From assembly GCA_963828125.1 (NCBI GenBank), contig CAWHDP010000002.1, forward strand, positions 32,001 through 96,000: a stretch of 64,000 bases of DNA. Reading direction: 5' to 3'. The notes beneath the pieces are model-generated. The model saw only the letters and a program-made list of their open reading frames with translations, had not been told where the DNA came from and did no database searches. This document shows, one piece after another, positions 27,383 through 37,127 of this stretch. Position 1 is the stretch's first letter. Every line of letters begins with the position of its first letter. The translations under genes were made by a program, and so were the position numbers. The DNA is from an uncultured Chlamydiae bacterium. Its GTDB lineage: Bacteria > Chlamydiota > Chlamydiia > Chlamydiales > SM23-39.

Positions 27383-28695
27383 GAAAAATTTACGACCGAA
27401 TTGTCGATATGCGGGGGAATCTGATCTCAGTGGCAGCTGAGGGGGTGGCCCTCGGCGAGGTGGCCCGCATTCAGAAAAGGAACGGAAGCTCCACTTACGC
27501 CTCGGTTCTCCGTTTTGACGAGGATCTCGTCACGCTCCAAGTTTTTGAAAATACGCGCGGGATCTCGACCGGGGACCAAGTGACCTTTTTGAACCGGCAG
27601 GTTCGAGCCACGTTTTCCGACGCCCTCTTAGGGCGGAGATTGAACGGGACTGGCGAGCCGATCGACGGAGGCCCCGACATTCTCGGCGAAGAGGTCGATA
27701 TTGGGAAGCCCTCCTTCAATCCGACGAAGCGGGTTGTCCCAAGAGAGCTTGTCCGGACCAATATCCCGATGATCGACGTCTTCAATTGTCTCGTCAAGTC
27801 GCAAAAAATCCCGATCTTCTCCGTTGCGGGGGAGCCCTACAACGCCCTGTTGATGCGGATCGCCAACCAGACCGACGTCGATGTGGTGATCATCGCCGGG
27901 ATGGGGCTCCGCTTTGACGATTATCAATCCTTTATCGACAATGCCGAAAAAGCAGGTTCCATTGAAAGGACCGTCATGTTCATCCACAAAGCGACAGATC
28001 CGGCAGTCGAATGCATTTTGGTTCCCGATATGGCCCTCTCCGTTGCGGAAAAATTCGCTTTAGAGGGGAAAGACGTCCTTGTGTTGATGACCGATATGAC
28101 CGCTTTTGCCGATGCGATCAAAGAGATCGCCATCACGATGGATCAGATCCCCTCAAACCGCGGCTATCCAGGCTCGCTCTATTCCGATCTCGCCTCCCGC
28201 TATGAAAAGGCGGTCGACATCGACGGGAGCGGCTCGATCACGATCCTCTCTGTAACGACGATGCCGGGGGGCGACGTCACCCACCCGATTCCCGACAATA
28301 CCGGCTATATCACAGAAGGGCAATTTTATCTGAACGGCGGCAGAGTCGACCCATTTGGCTCGCTCTCCCGCCTGAAGCAGCTCGTGATCGGCAAAATGAC
28401 CCGCGAAGACCACGGAGATCTTGCGAACACGATGATCCGCCTCTACGCCGACTCGAAAAAAGCGCGCGAACGGCAGGGGATGGGATTTCGCCTCTCCCGC
28501 TGGGATGAGAAGCTCCTCCGCTATTCGTTCCTCTTTGAGGATCGGATGATGAATTTGGAGATCAACCTTCCTCTTGAAAAGGCGCTCGATCTCGGCTGGC
28601 TGACGCTTGCCGAGTGTTTTGAGCTTGAAGAGATCGGCATTAAAAAGCAGATTGCAGATAAGTACTGGCCCAAGGAACACACGCCGCAAAAATGA
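27379..28695 (+). CDS. atpB: V-type ATP synthase subunit B
   Basis: [37 protein letters not shown]. Confidence 0.97.
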   Translation: MRKIYDRIVDMRGNLISVAAEGVALGEVARIQKRNGSSTYASVLRFDEDLVTLQVFENTRGISTGDQVTFLNRQVRATFSDALLGRRLNGTGEPIDGGPDILGEEVDIGKPSFNPTKRVVPRELVRTNIPMIDVFNCLVKSQKIPIFSVAGEPYNALLMRIANQTDVDVVIIAGMGLRFDDYQSFIDNAEKAGSIERTVMFIHKATDPAVECILVPDMALSVAEKFALEGKDVLVLMTDMTAFADAIKEIAITMDQIPSNRGYPGSLYSDLASRYEKAVDIDGSGSITILSVTTMPGGDVTHPIPDNTGYITEGQFYLNGGRVDPFGSLSRLKQLVIGKMTREDHGDLANTMIRLYADSKKARERQGMGFRLSRWDEKLLRYSFLFEDRMMNLEINLPLEKALDLGWLTLAECFELEEIGIKKQIADKYWPKEHTPQK

Positions 28696-29300
28696 CTCTG
28701 AAGCTGACGAAAACCGAGCTCCGCATACAGCAGACCCGCCTCATCCAATTCCAGCGGTATCTCCCGACGCTCCAATTGAAAAAGGCGATGCTCCAATTCG
28801 AAGTGAGCATGGTCATGATCGAAATCGAGAAACTCCAAGTCGAGTTTCAGTCCATTTCGAAGCGCGTCGAAAGCTTCTCTTCCCTCCTCTTAGAGAAGGT
28901 GACGGTCAATATCGAGCAATACGCCGATATTCTCCATGTGAAAAAGCACTATGAAAACATCGCCGGCGTAGAGATCCCGATCTTCGAGAAAGTGATTTTC
29001 CGCGAACCGGAATATTTCCTTTTCGACACTCCCGCTTGGACTGAGCCTGCGACCGAGCAGCTCCGCGATCTTGTGACGGCCCGCGAAAAGGTGAGCGTAG
29101 CTGAGGAAAAAAAACGGGCCCTGGAGAAAGAACTCAGGGAAGTGTCGATTCGGGTGAATCTCTTTGAAAAAGTGCTCATCCCAAGGGCGGAGGAGAACAT
29201 CAAGAAAATCAAAATTTTTCTCGGAGACCAGCAGCTCTCCGCAGTCGCTCAAGCGAAAGTGGCGAAGCGGAAAATTCTCCTCCGGAGGGCGCAAATATGA
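28692..29300 (+). CDS. atpD: V-type ATP synthase subunit D
   Basis: [27 protein letters not shown]. Confidence 0.95.
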   Translation: MTLKLTKTELRIQQTRLIQFQRYLPTLQLKKAMLQFEVSMVMIEIEKLQVEFQSISKRVESFSSLLLEKVTVNIEQYADILHVKKHYENIAGVEIPIFEKVIFREPEYFLFDTPAWTEPATEQLRDLVTAREKVSVAEEKKRALEKELREVSIRVNLFEKVLIPRAEENIKKIKIFLGDQQLSAVAQAKVAKRKILLRRAQI

Positions 29301-31216
29301 TTGTCGATTTACGCAAGTATCTTTTGATCGGGACCCAATCGAATATGGATCGCTTTTTTGTCCTTGCCCAACGGGCAGGATTTATGGAGTTCATCGGAGT
29401 GTCCCATAAGAAGGCGATTGAGATGCCTCAGGATGCGAAGACGATTTTATCGGCCATTAAGATTGCCCGCGCCCACAGCGCCCCAACGTTCGATCTGTAT
29501 GAGCCCTCGCAAGCTCCGGTGGAACTCGCTGAACAGATCGTCAAATGGCATGCCGAATATGAACGTCTCCTTGAAGAGGAACGGATCCTCCACGCCGAAA
29601 TAGCCCGCATCTCCGCCTTCGGCCATTTTTCCCGCCCCGAACTCGATCTGTTGGAAGAGGAATCGAAGAGGGTCTTCCAGTTCTTCTGCATGAAAAGCGA
29701 TTTGGCCCGCGAAATCACCCTCCCGTCCACTGTGATCTATGTCGGAACCCAATACGACCTCGACTACTTTGTTGCGATCAACAAAGAGCGGACCCAATAC
29801 CCCAAAATGATCGAGATTTTGATCGAAAAACCGGCCTCTGAACTCCGCGAACGGCTCCAGGCGCTCCGCCTCGAAGTCTCCGAACTGGAAGAGAACATCC
29901 ACAATTCGGCCCGCGCCCTTCCCTATTTGCAAAGCGGCCTTCTCGACTATCTCAATGAATACCATTTGGAGCTGGCTAAACATGACGCAGGAACCCTGCT
30001 CGGCGATCTTTTTGCCATTCAAGCGTGGATTCCAGAGACGAAGATCAAAGCCCTCTATGGGCTTTTGAGCAGCCTTGACGTGTACGCTGAGGAGATCGCG
30101 ATCGAACCGAAAGACCGGATCCCCACCTATCAGGAAAACAGGGGCGCGGCAAAAATCGGCGAAGACCTTGTTCAAGTATACGACACCCCCGCCTGCACAG
30201 ATAAAGACCCCTCTCTTTGGATCATTATCTTTTTTTCAATCTTCTTTGCCATGATCGTCTCAGACGCAGGTTACGGCCTCATCTATCTCGGCATCGGCCT
30301 TTTCCTCAAGTGGAAATGCAAAAAAGCGTTCGGCGCTTTAAAAAGATTCATCAAACTGACCCTCATCCTCTCCTCTGCATGCATCATTTGGGGCATTTTC
30401 ACAGCCTCCTTTTTTGGCATTGAAATCGGCCCTAACAATCCGTTCCGCAAAGCCTCTTTTATCCACTATTTAGCCGTTAAAAAAGCCGAATACCACTTGG
30501 AAGAGAAAGACGACGTCTATGAGGAATATGTCAAACAGACCCCCGATGTTGCAACGGCCACTGACGGGCACGATTTTTTGGTCAAGGCGCACAAACTCAT
30601 CGAAGGGAAGCCCACCTACATCGCCCAGGAAGAGTTTTACGACAACATCCTCCTCGAACTGGCCCTTTTTATCGGCGTCGTCCACATTGGCCTCTCCTTT
30701 GGCCGTTACCTATTTCGGAATTGGACCGGCGTCGGTTGGATCCTCTTTATGGCCGGCGGCTATCTCTATTTCCCCTCTTTTTTGGAGGCCACCTCCTTCA
30801 TTAACTTTATGGGCGTCCTCTCGAAACCGGTCGCCTACGCCGTTGGGAAGCAGCTATTTTACGGAGGGCTGGTTCTCGTCCTCTTGATCGCCCTCCTCCA
30901 AAAGAGGAAATGGGGAGCCCTCCACGAGCTGACGAACGCCATCCAAGTCTTTGCCGACGTCCTCTCCTATCTTCGCCTTTATGCCCTGGCCTTGGCCGGC
31001 ATGATTATGGCAGGGACATTCAACGATTTAGCCATCAAGTCTGGCGTCATTGCCGGCGTTTTTATTTTGATCATCGGGCACCTCGTCAACCTCACCCTGA
31101 CCATTATGTCAGGCGTGATCCACGGGCTCCGCCTCAATTTTTTAGAGTGGTACCATTACAGTTTTGAAGGCGGCGGTCGCCTTTTTGACCCCCTTCGGAT
31201 ACGCAAAGTTAAATAG
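29297..31216 (+). CDS. atpI: V-type ATP synthase subunit I
   Basis: DAGYG, DVLSYLRLYAL, IHGLRLNFLEW. Confidence 0.95.
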   Translation: MIVDLRKYLLIGTQSNMDRFFVLAQRAGFMEFIGVSHKKAIEMPQDAKTILSAIKIARAHSAPTFDLYEPSQAPVELAEQIVKWHAEYERLLEEERILHAEIARISAFGHFSRPELDLLEEESKRVFQFFCMKSDLAREITLPSTVIYVGTQYDLDYFVAINKERTQYPKMIEILIEKPASELRERLQALRLEVSELEENIHNSARALPYLQSGLLDYLNEYHLELAKHDAGTLLGDLFAIQAWIPETKIKALYGLLSSLDVYAEEIAIEPKDRIPTYQENRGAAKIGEDLVQVYDTPACTDKDPSLWIIIFFSIFFAMIVSDAGYGLIYLGIGLFLKWKCKKAFGALKRFIKLTLILSSACIIWGIFTASFFGIEIGPNNPFRKASFIHYLAVKKAEYHLEEKDDVYEEYVKQTPDVATATDGHDFLVKAHKLIEGKPTYIAQEEFYDNILLELALFIGVVHIGLSFGRYLFRNWTGVGWILFMAGGYLYFPSFLEATSFINFMGVLSKPVAYAVGKQLFYGGLVLVLLIALLQKRKWGALHELTNAIQVFADVLSYLRLYALALAGMIMAGTFNDLAIKSGVIAGVFILIIGHLVNLTLTIMSGVIHGLRLNFLEWYHYSFEGGGRLFDPLRIRKVK

Positions 31217-31228
31217 GAGTATGATTTT

Positions 31229-31651
31229 ATGGATTTCGGTATGATTGGCCCTGCGATTGTGATGGGTCTTGGATGTTTAGGCAGCTCGATAGGCTGCGGG
31301 ATCGCCGGCATGGCATCCCACGGCGTGATGACCCGCGTGGATGAAGGACATGGAAAATTCATCGCCCTCTCAGCGATCCCCTCCTCGCAATCGATTTACG
31401 GCTTTATCCTCATGATTGTGATGAAAGGGCACATTCTCGACGGGACCCTCTCCCCCTTAAGCGGCATCGGCATCGGCGTTTTTGTCGGATTGGCCATCAT
31501 GACCTCTTCGATCTACCAAGGTAGATGCGCCGTCACCGCGATCCAAGCCTCCGCCAAGCAGCCCGCAGTCTACGGCAAGACCATTGCCGCCCTCGGAATC
31601 GTCGAGTCGTTTGCCCTCTTCGCCTTCGTTTTCGCCCTTCTCCTGATGTAG
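31229..31651 (+). CDS. atpK: V-type ATP synthase subunit K (Na+-type signature)
   Basis: Four TM helices; PSSQSIYG, YQG, VES residues match the NtpK-type ion-binding pattern. Confidence 0.95.
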   Translation: MDFGMIGPAIVMGLGCLGSSIGCGIAGMASHGVMTRVDEGHGKFIALSAIPSSQSIYGFILMIVMKGHILDGTLSPLSGIGIGVFVGLAIMTSSIYQGRCAVTAIQASAKQPAVYGKTIAALGIVESFALFAFVFALLLM

Positions 31652-31668
31652 CCTTTAGAAAGTATCTC

Positions 31669-31706
31669 TATACTGCGCCCGGTACAGCCTCACCGGGCCC
31701 AGTATA
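31669..31706. repeat. 38-bp TATAC-ended palindrome (MITE-like remnant) between convergent genes
   Basis: TATACTGCGCCCGGT-ACAGCCTC-ACCGGGCCCAGTATA, 14/15 arm match. Confidence 0.85.
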
Positions 31707-31734
31707 TCGCCAGAATCGGCACGACCTATTAAAA

Positions 31735-32232
31735 TTATGAATTGATAGTCAATCCCATTCTCGCCAGAAGGAATCGGAGAACCAAGATGGGGTGGCGGGC
31801 TAGATTTTTTAGAAGCGTTGCATAATTCACTGACGTCAGTTTTTTGACTACAGGAGCCATCTGTAGTTCCGCATCGTGAATCCACTCTAAATAGGGGGGA
31901 GGGAGAGGAGGAAGCCCTTGGATAGGGAAAAACTGAATCCCTCGCGTCTCCGGGCTCAGCATCGGATGACCGGCCAGGATCGCGCACTCGTATAAATAGG
32001 TCCGTTTGGCGAGCCGGTTCATGGGGATATAATCGCCGACGAGCCGATCGACTTTGACAGTAAAGCCCGTTTCTTCCAAAATTTCCCGAACAACCGCATT
32101 CTCTGGACTCTCTCCAGGGTCGATGCCCCCTCCAGGGAGAACCCAAACGGGGACATCCCTCCGTTTAATGAGGAGGAGAGAGGCGCGGTCAGGAGAAAAA
32201 ATAATGCCAGCGACGCTTTTGGGGAAGTTCAT
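31735..32232 (-). CDS. NUDIX hydrolase
   Basis: Nudix box GGGIDPGESPENAVVREILEETG; start ATG 32232 (alternative GTG 32268). Confidence 0.9.
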   Translation of the reverse strand: MNFPKSVAGIIFSPDRASLLLIKRRDVPVWVLPGGGIDPGESPENAVVREILEETGFTVKVDRLVGDYIPMNRLAKRTYLYECAILAGHPMLSPETRGIQFFPIQGLPPLPPPYLEWIHDAELQMAPVVKKLTSVNYATLLKNLARHPILVLRFLLARMGLTINS

Positions 32233-32236
32233 CTGT

Positions 32237-32656
32237 TTGAGGATAGTCTGTTTTTCGATTTTGTCCACTCTATTTATGAGCTGTTATAAAGAGCACCTCT
32301 ACGTGCAGCAGGAGTGGGTCGACCGGAATTTTTTGGCGAGCAGCCGAGTTGGAACGCCCGATCCGAGACAAGAGTCGCCGCCCACAGGGCAGAGGCTGCT
32401 CGTCGCCTGGCGCTTTCCCTCCTTTCTCGCGGATCGGCGATTGAAGTTGGTTCTCACTGTCCGATTTTGGGATAATGAAGAGGAGGTGATCTCCCGTCCT
32501 ATGCAGCAGGCCCGCGGCTACACCGCATTTAACTTCTTCAATGAGCGGATTTTGACCTACCGCATCCAAGTAGTCGACCAGGATGAGGAGATCCTTGAAA
32601 CCTGGGAACACCAATTCTGGACAAAGCTCATCGATGTGGATCAGGCGGAATCTTGA
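32237..32656 (+). CDS. Conserved chlamydial lipoprotein-like protein (CT303 position)
   Basis: TTG start, hydrophobic leader ending FMSC; LASSRVGTPDP, ILTY, WEHQFW; between atpK and valS. Confidence 0.75.
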   Translation: MRIVCFSILSTLFMSCYKEHLYVQQEWVDRNFLASSRVGTPDPRQESPPTGQRLLVAWRFPSFLADRRLKLVLTVRFWDNEEEVISRPMQQARGYTAFNFFNERILTYRIQVVDQDEEILETWEHQFWTKLIDVDQAES

Positions 32657-32680
32657 AATGGCCAAAGCCCAGTTGAACTG

Positions 32681-35464
32681 CTAATGAACCGCAGTATACC
32701 TCAATTTTAATGCGATATCGGAGAGCTGTTTTTCTGTTTGGATGAGCGCCTGCTCTAATTTTTCAACGACCTCGCGCGGGGCCCGGGAACGGAACTCTTC
32801 ATTGGCCAATTTCTCCCGAGTCGATGCCCGTACAAGTTCGAGTTTGTCCCGCTCTTTTTCGAGGCGCGCCCTCTCTTTGGCTTTGAACGATTCAGGGATC
32901 GGGATCATCAATTTTAAAGACCCCACAAGGGCGCTTGCCCCGAAGGATTTTGGCTCCTCGCTGGTAAACTGGAGGTTTGAAGTTGGCGTCAGCCCCAGTA
33001 AAATATTCTGGTGCGCCTCGACCGTTTTCCAATCTTTTGGGGCGCCGAAAATGATCAATTCTGTTTTTTCTGACGGGGGGAGCTGCATTTCGGCGCGGAT
33101 ATTGCGCACTTGTCGGACGATTTCATTCATTTGTTGGAAGCTGGCCTCGATCCCTTTGTCCGCCTCGCCCATGACTGTCGGATATGGCGCGACGATGCAA
33201 GCAGGGGAGAGGAGGGCCCGAATCGTCTCTTCCGTGTAGAGATCGGCCCCTCCTGGTTTTAAACTGGAGAATTGAGCCTTTAAAAGGGAAAAAATCTCCT
33301 CGGTGATAAAAGGGGAGATAGGGTGCATGAGCCGGATCGCGTTGCAGAGGAGGATGACGAGGAGCCGCTGCTTATTCGCTTTCAGCTCTGGAGCGCCCCA
33401 TTTTCCAAACAAAACCGGCTTAGCCAGCTCCAGATAATTTGCGCAAAAATCGTTCCAGTAAAACTCATAGGCCCGTACGGCTGCCCGATCGAACGCGTAC
33501 TCTTCCAGACACCGGTTGATCTCTCCCGTCGTTCGGGCTAAAAGCGATAGAATCCACCGATCTTCGAGAGTCAACAACTCAAAATCGATCCCTTGAGCTA
33601 AACTTTCAGCGCTAAATCCTTCGAGATTCATGAATACAAAACGGGCGCCGTTCCAAACTTTATTGGCGAAGTTTTTATATTCTTCGAATCTTCGCCGGTC
33701 GAGATCGATTTGCCGCGCGTGGGTGACACTCGAACAGAGAGCAAGGCGCATGGCGTCGGTTCCATATTCATCGATGATTTCGAGAGGATCGATGATATTG
33801 CCCTTAGATTTGGACATTTTTTCCCACTTCGATTCCACCTCTTTTGGCAAAGCCTCTCCGAGATCGTATTTTTTTTTCTCTTCTGGCTTTACATAGGCGG
33901 GGCCTTGCGGCGTCTCTCGCCAGTATGATTTGCCATAGATAAGGCCGTGGAGAAAAGTCTTATGAAACGGAACTTGATGCATGACGTATTCACCCATCAT
34001 GATCATCCGGGCGACCCAAAAAAACAAAATATCGTGGCCCGTAATTAAAGTTGCAGTCGGATAGAATTTTTTTAAGTCGGCCGTTTTTTCAGGCCAGCCG
34101 AGAGCGCTGAAAGGCCAAAGGGCTGACGAAAACCATGTATCTAGGACGTCGGGATCTTGTTTCCAGTCCTCATCGATCCCCGGAGGATCTCCCTCTCCCT
34201 CGTAACAGATCATCTGATCGCCATGATGCCAAATCGGAATCCGATGGCCCCACCAAAGTTGGCGGGAGATGCACCAGTCGCGCAAGTTTTCAATCCAGTG
34301 GAAGTAAGTTTGTTCCCAGTGAGGGGGAATCAGCTCTACCCGTTTATCTCTGACCGCAGAGATCAGCTTTTCTTTGAAATGGCTCATTTTGACGAACCAC
34401 TGCTTGGAGAGGTAAGGCTGGATCACCGCTTTAGAGCGATAAGAGACCCCCACTCGGAGTTGATGGGGCTCTTTTTTCACGACGAGACCCTTCAAATCCC
34501 TTAAGACTGAGGCCCGCGCCTCCTCCATCGTTTGGCCCGCGTAGGCCCCCTCTTTGATATTTCCGTCCGGGGTCATGATATTCAGGCGAGGGAGTTTATG
34601 CCGTTCGGCCACTTCGAAGTCGTTGAAATCGTGCGCAGGCGTGATCTTAACGACCCCTGAACCGAACGTTGGATCGACAAACGGATCAGCGATGATTGGG
34701 ATCAATCGACCGGTTAAAGGGAGCCTGACCTCTCGTCCAATAAGATCTGCATACCGCTCATCTGTGGGATGGACTGCCACCGCTGTATCGCCCAGCATCG
34801 TTTCTGGCCGCGTTGTCGCGATGATCACCCGCCCTCCGCCGACCACTGGATATTCGATATGCCACAAAAACGAATCTCGCTCCTCGTGTTCCACCTCGTC
34901 ATCGGAAAGGGCTGTTTGGGTTACAGGATCCCAATTGACCAAGTAGTCGCCTCGGTAGATGAACCCTTCATCGTACATTTTCTTAAAGCAGCTCCGCACA
35001 GCCCGATTGCACCCTTCATCCATGGTGAACCGAAGCCTGGACCAATCGCAAGAGCAGCCAAGCCTTTTCAGCTGGCCCAAAATTTGCCCCTCACTGAGCT
35101 CCTTCCATGCCCACACATGGGTCAGAAACTCCTCTCTCTCAAAATCTTTGCGCCGCTTCCCTGTTTTTGCATATAAGTTCCTCTCAACGACCGTTTGCGT
35201 CGCAATGCCTGCATGATCGGTTCCTGGAATCCAAAGGGCTTCAAAGCCGCACATCCGCTTCCATCGGATCAAAATATCTTGGAGCGTGTCGACGAGGGCA
35301 TGCCCCATATGGAGTACCCCCGTCACGTTTGGTGGGGGGATTACGATGCAAAAAGGGGGTTTTTCTGATCCGGGATCGGCAGAGAAGTAGCCCCCCTTCT
35401 CCCAGAAGGCATACCACTTCCCTTCAATGAGTCCCGGATCAAAAGCTTTCGGCAGGTCATTCAT
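32681..35464 (-). CDS. valS: Valyl-tRNA synthetase
   Basis: PPPNVTGVLHMGH, DWCISRQLWWGH, KMSKS, C-terminal coiled coil. Confidence 0.98.
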   Translation of the reverse strand: MNDLPKAFDPGLIEGKWYAFWEKGGYFSADPGSEKPPFCIVIPPPNVTGVLHMGHALVDTLQDILIRWKRMCGFEALWIPGTDHAGIATQTVVERNLYAKTGKRRKDFEREEFLTHVWAWKELSEGQILGQLKRLGCSCDWSRLRFTMDEGCNRAVRSCFKKMYDEGFIYRGDYLVNWDPVTQTALSDDEVEHEERDSFLWHIEYPVVGGGRVIIATTRPETMLGDTAVAVHPTDERYADLIGREVRLPLTGRLIPIIADPFVDPTFGSGVVKITPAHDFNDFEVAERHKLPRLNIMTPDGNIKEGAYAGQTMEEARASVLRDLKGLVVKKEPHQLRVGVSYRSKAVIQPYLSKQWFVKMSHFKEKLISAVRDKRVELIPPHWEQTYFHWIENLRDWCISRQLWWGHRIPIWHHGDQMICYEGEGDPPGIDEDWKQDPDVLDTWFSSALWPFSALGWPEKTADLKKFYPTATLITGHDILFFWVARMIMMGEYVMHQVPFHKTFLHGLIYGKSYWRETPQGPAYVKPEEKKKYDLGEALPKEVESKWEKMSKSKGNIIDPLEIIDEYGTDAMRLALCSSVTHARQIDLDRRRFEEYKNFANKVWNGARFVFMNLEGFSAESLAQGIDFELLTLEDRWILSLLARTTGEINRCLEEYAFDRAAVRAYEFYWNDFCANYLELAKPVLFGKWGAPELKANKQRLLVILLCNAIRLMHPISPFITEEIFSLLKAQFSSLKPGGADLYTEETIRALLSPACIVAPYPTVMGEADKGIEASFQQMNEIVRQVRNIRAEMQLPPSEKTELIIFGAPKDWKTVEAHQNILLGLTPTSNLQFTSEEPKSFGASALVGSLKLMIPIPESFKAKERARLEKERDKLELVRASTREKLANEEFRSRAPREVVEKLEQALIQTEKQLSDIALKLRYTAVH

Positions 35465-35475
35465 GACGTATCGGC

Positions 35476-36135
35476 TTATATATCAGATGGAGTCGGGGGT
35501 TGTTTTGCTCTGGTGTTCGTTGCATGATCTCGAATTTCCCATTCGCCTCTGTGCGAGGGGGATTCATCTCTACAGATATATGCACCAAGCTCCCCAATCT
35601 GTCTTAGAGTACCTTGATTTTGCCTACTTGGCAGCTCTGACAATATGGTTTCTTGTATCCTTTGGCATGAAGCTTTTTTTGGCTCCCATAGCGATCTATA
35701 TTCATTTGGCACAATTTTACATTCAAATGTGTTTTTCGGAGGTTCAGTCTGTTCGAGACGCCATGCCGGACTCTTGCTCACGGCTATGAAACACCGCCAA
35801 TGCCCAACTTCGGCTGGATCTGGACTTGTTCCCGAAAAAACTAGAATCTTTTTATTCTTATCAAAACTTAATCCGTAATTATGGCTGTGTGCATATAAAA
35901 TTATCTGGTCGATCACGTCAGCAAACAACGTTCCAAAACGTTCCTTTAGGTAGTCTTTGGGGAATTCATAAGTCAGACGATGATTAGCCCTGTGTCCAAG
36001 CTCCTTAAAATAGTTTTCCTCTAGCACTTTCTGCAATGGCTCTAATACGTTCGAAGGGTCCCCTCCGTTCATCTCTGATTGGATCGTTTGTTGCGGCTGG
36101 TTTCCGAATTCGCTGGACGCTCTGCTTACCGTCAT
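35476..36135 (-). CDS. Orphan effector-like protein, cassette paralog Y
   Basis: GGAGG RBS before ATG 36135; AT-rich; S/Q/P-rich N-terminus; weak similarity to 36446-37018. Confidence 0.7.
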   Translation of the reverse strand: MTVSRASSEFGNQPQQTIQSEMNGGDPSNVLEPLQKVLEENYFKELGHRANHRLTYEFPKDYLKERFGTLFADVIDQIILYAHSHNYGLSFDKNKKILVFSGTSPDPAEVGHWRCFIAVSKSPAWRLEQTEPPKNTFECKIVPNEYRSLWEPKKASCQRIQETILSELPSRQNQGTLRQIGELGAYICRDESPSHRGEWEIRDHATNTRAKQPPTPSDI

Positions 36136-36250
36136 ATCACCACCTCCATTTAGAATGGTACAGCCGAGATCTTGCCATGCGGGGTCATTAAAGATCAATG
36201 AAAAAATGGGTTTCCCACATCTTTCCACCTTTTTATTTTTGGATTTTCGG
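36133..36250. repeat. 118-bp direct repeat of 37016-37133 (pknD stop, promoter, RBS, ATG)
   Basis: Offset 883; 7 mismatches counted. Confidence 0.95.
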
Positions 36251-36446
36251 ATCAAAATATCTTGGAACGTGTCGACAAGAGCATGCCCCATATGGAGCAC
36301 CCCCGTCACGTTTGGCGGGGGATTACGATGCAAAAAGGGGGTTTTTCTGATCTGGGATCGGCAGAGAAGTAGCCCCCCTTCTCCCAGAAGGCATACCACT
36401 TCCCTTCAATGAGTCCCAGATCAAAAGCTTTCGGCAGCTCGGTCAT
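36247..36446 (-). pseudogene. valS: Duplicated, frameshifted 5' end of valS
   Basis: Matches 35264-35464 with ~10 substitutions and a 1-bp deletion in a G run; MTELPKAFDLG vs MNDLPKAFDPG. Confidence 0.92.
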
Positions 36447-37018
36447 CATTTATGGATCCTTGATACGAGTGTTGAACCAAAGGCGTACAGCCCATCTGCA
36501 TAGGTAGCATCAAGGACGCCATAGCCGCCGTTGATGGTGCTACGTTGGGGTTGAAATAGAAATTTGGGATCTTCTTCTCCGCTTGTTATGTCAATCCATT
36601 GCCAACTAGCGTTTTCGGGTTTTCTCAAATTAAATATCTGATTCCTGAGCTCTTCTTTCTCTTCCTTTGTGACATTTGGTTTAGAAAAAATAACAATATA
36701 ATTTTGTTCATTGAAAGTTGGCTGGAAAAACTTCTTGGTTGCAAGGGCTTCAATAGCTTGGGCTGTAGATTCCCAAAGCTTCCCATGACGCTTTACTATT
36801 GTGTTAACAAACACATTATCTGGAGGCATCAGAGCATGAGTAGCGCTATATGAAAGCTGGACGAGATATCGCTGCCATGATATGGACTCTGTCGATTCTA
36901 TGGACCGTGACTGTTGTATTGGAACAAGGGACAGAGGCGTCTCCGTGGCGTCTACATGGGGTTCCTGGTGGAAGAACTCCTGTGGCTGTGATGCTGATGT
37001 GGGTCGCGTTGCTTGCAT
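36446..37018 (-). CDS. Orphan effector-like protein, cassette paralog X
   Basis: GGAG RBS before ATG 37018; stop overlaps ATG of valS fragment (TGATG). Confidence 0.7.
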   Translation of the reverse strand: MQATRPTSASQPQEFFHQEPHVDATETPLSLVPIQQSRSIESTESISWQRYLVQLSYSATHALMPPDNVFVNTIVKRHGKLWESTAQAIEALATKKFFQPTFNEQNYIVIFSKPNVTKEEKEELRNQIFNLRKPENASWQWIDITSGEEDPKFLFQPQRSTINGGYGVLDATYADGLYAFGSTLVSRIHK

Positions 37019-37127
37019 ATCATTATCTCCATTTAGAATAATATAGCCGAGATCTTGCCATGCGGGGTCATTAAAGATCAATGAAAAAATGGGTTTCCCA
37101 CATCTTTCCACCTTTTTATTTTTGGAT

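Noticed and set aside
36136..36399. N-terminal extension giving a 307-aa 'ValS HIGH-motif fusion' ORF
   Set aside because: Read-through across the frameshifted valS copy and the promoter repeat; the RBS-supported start is 36135.
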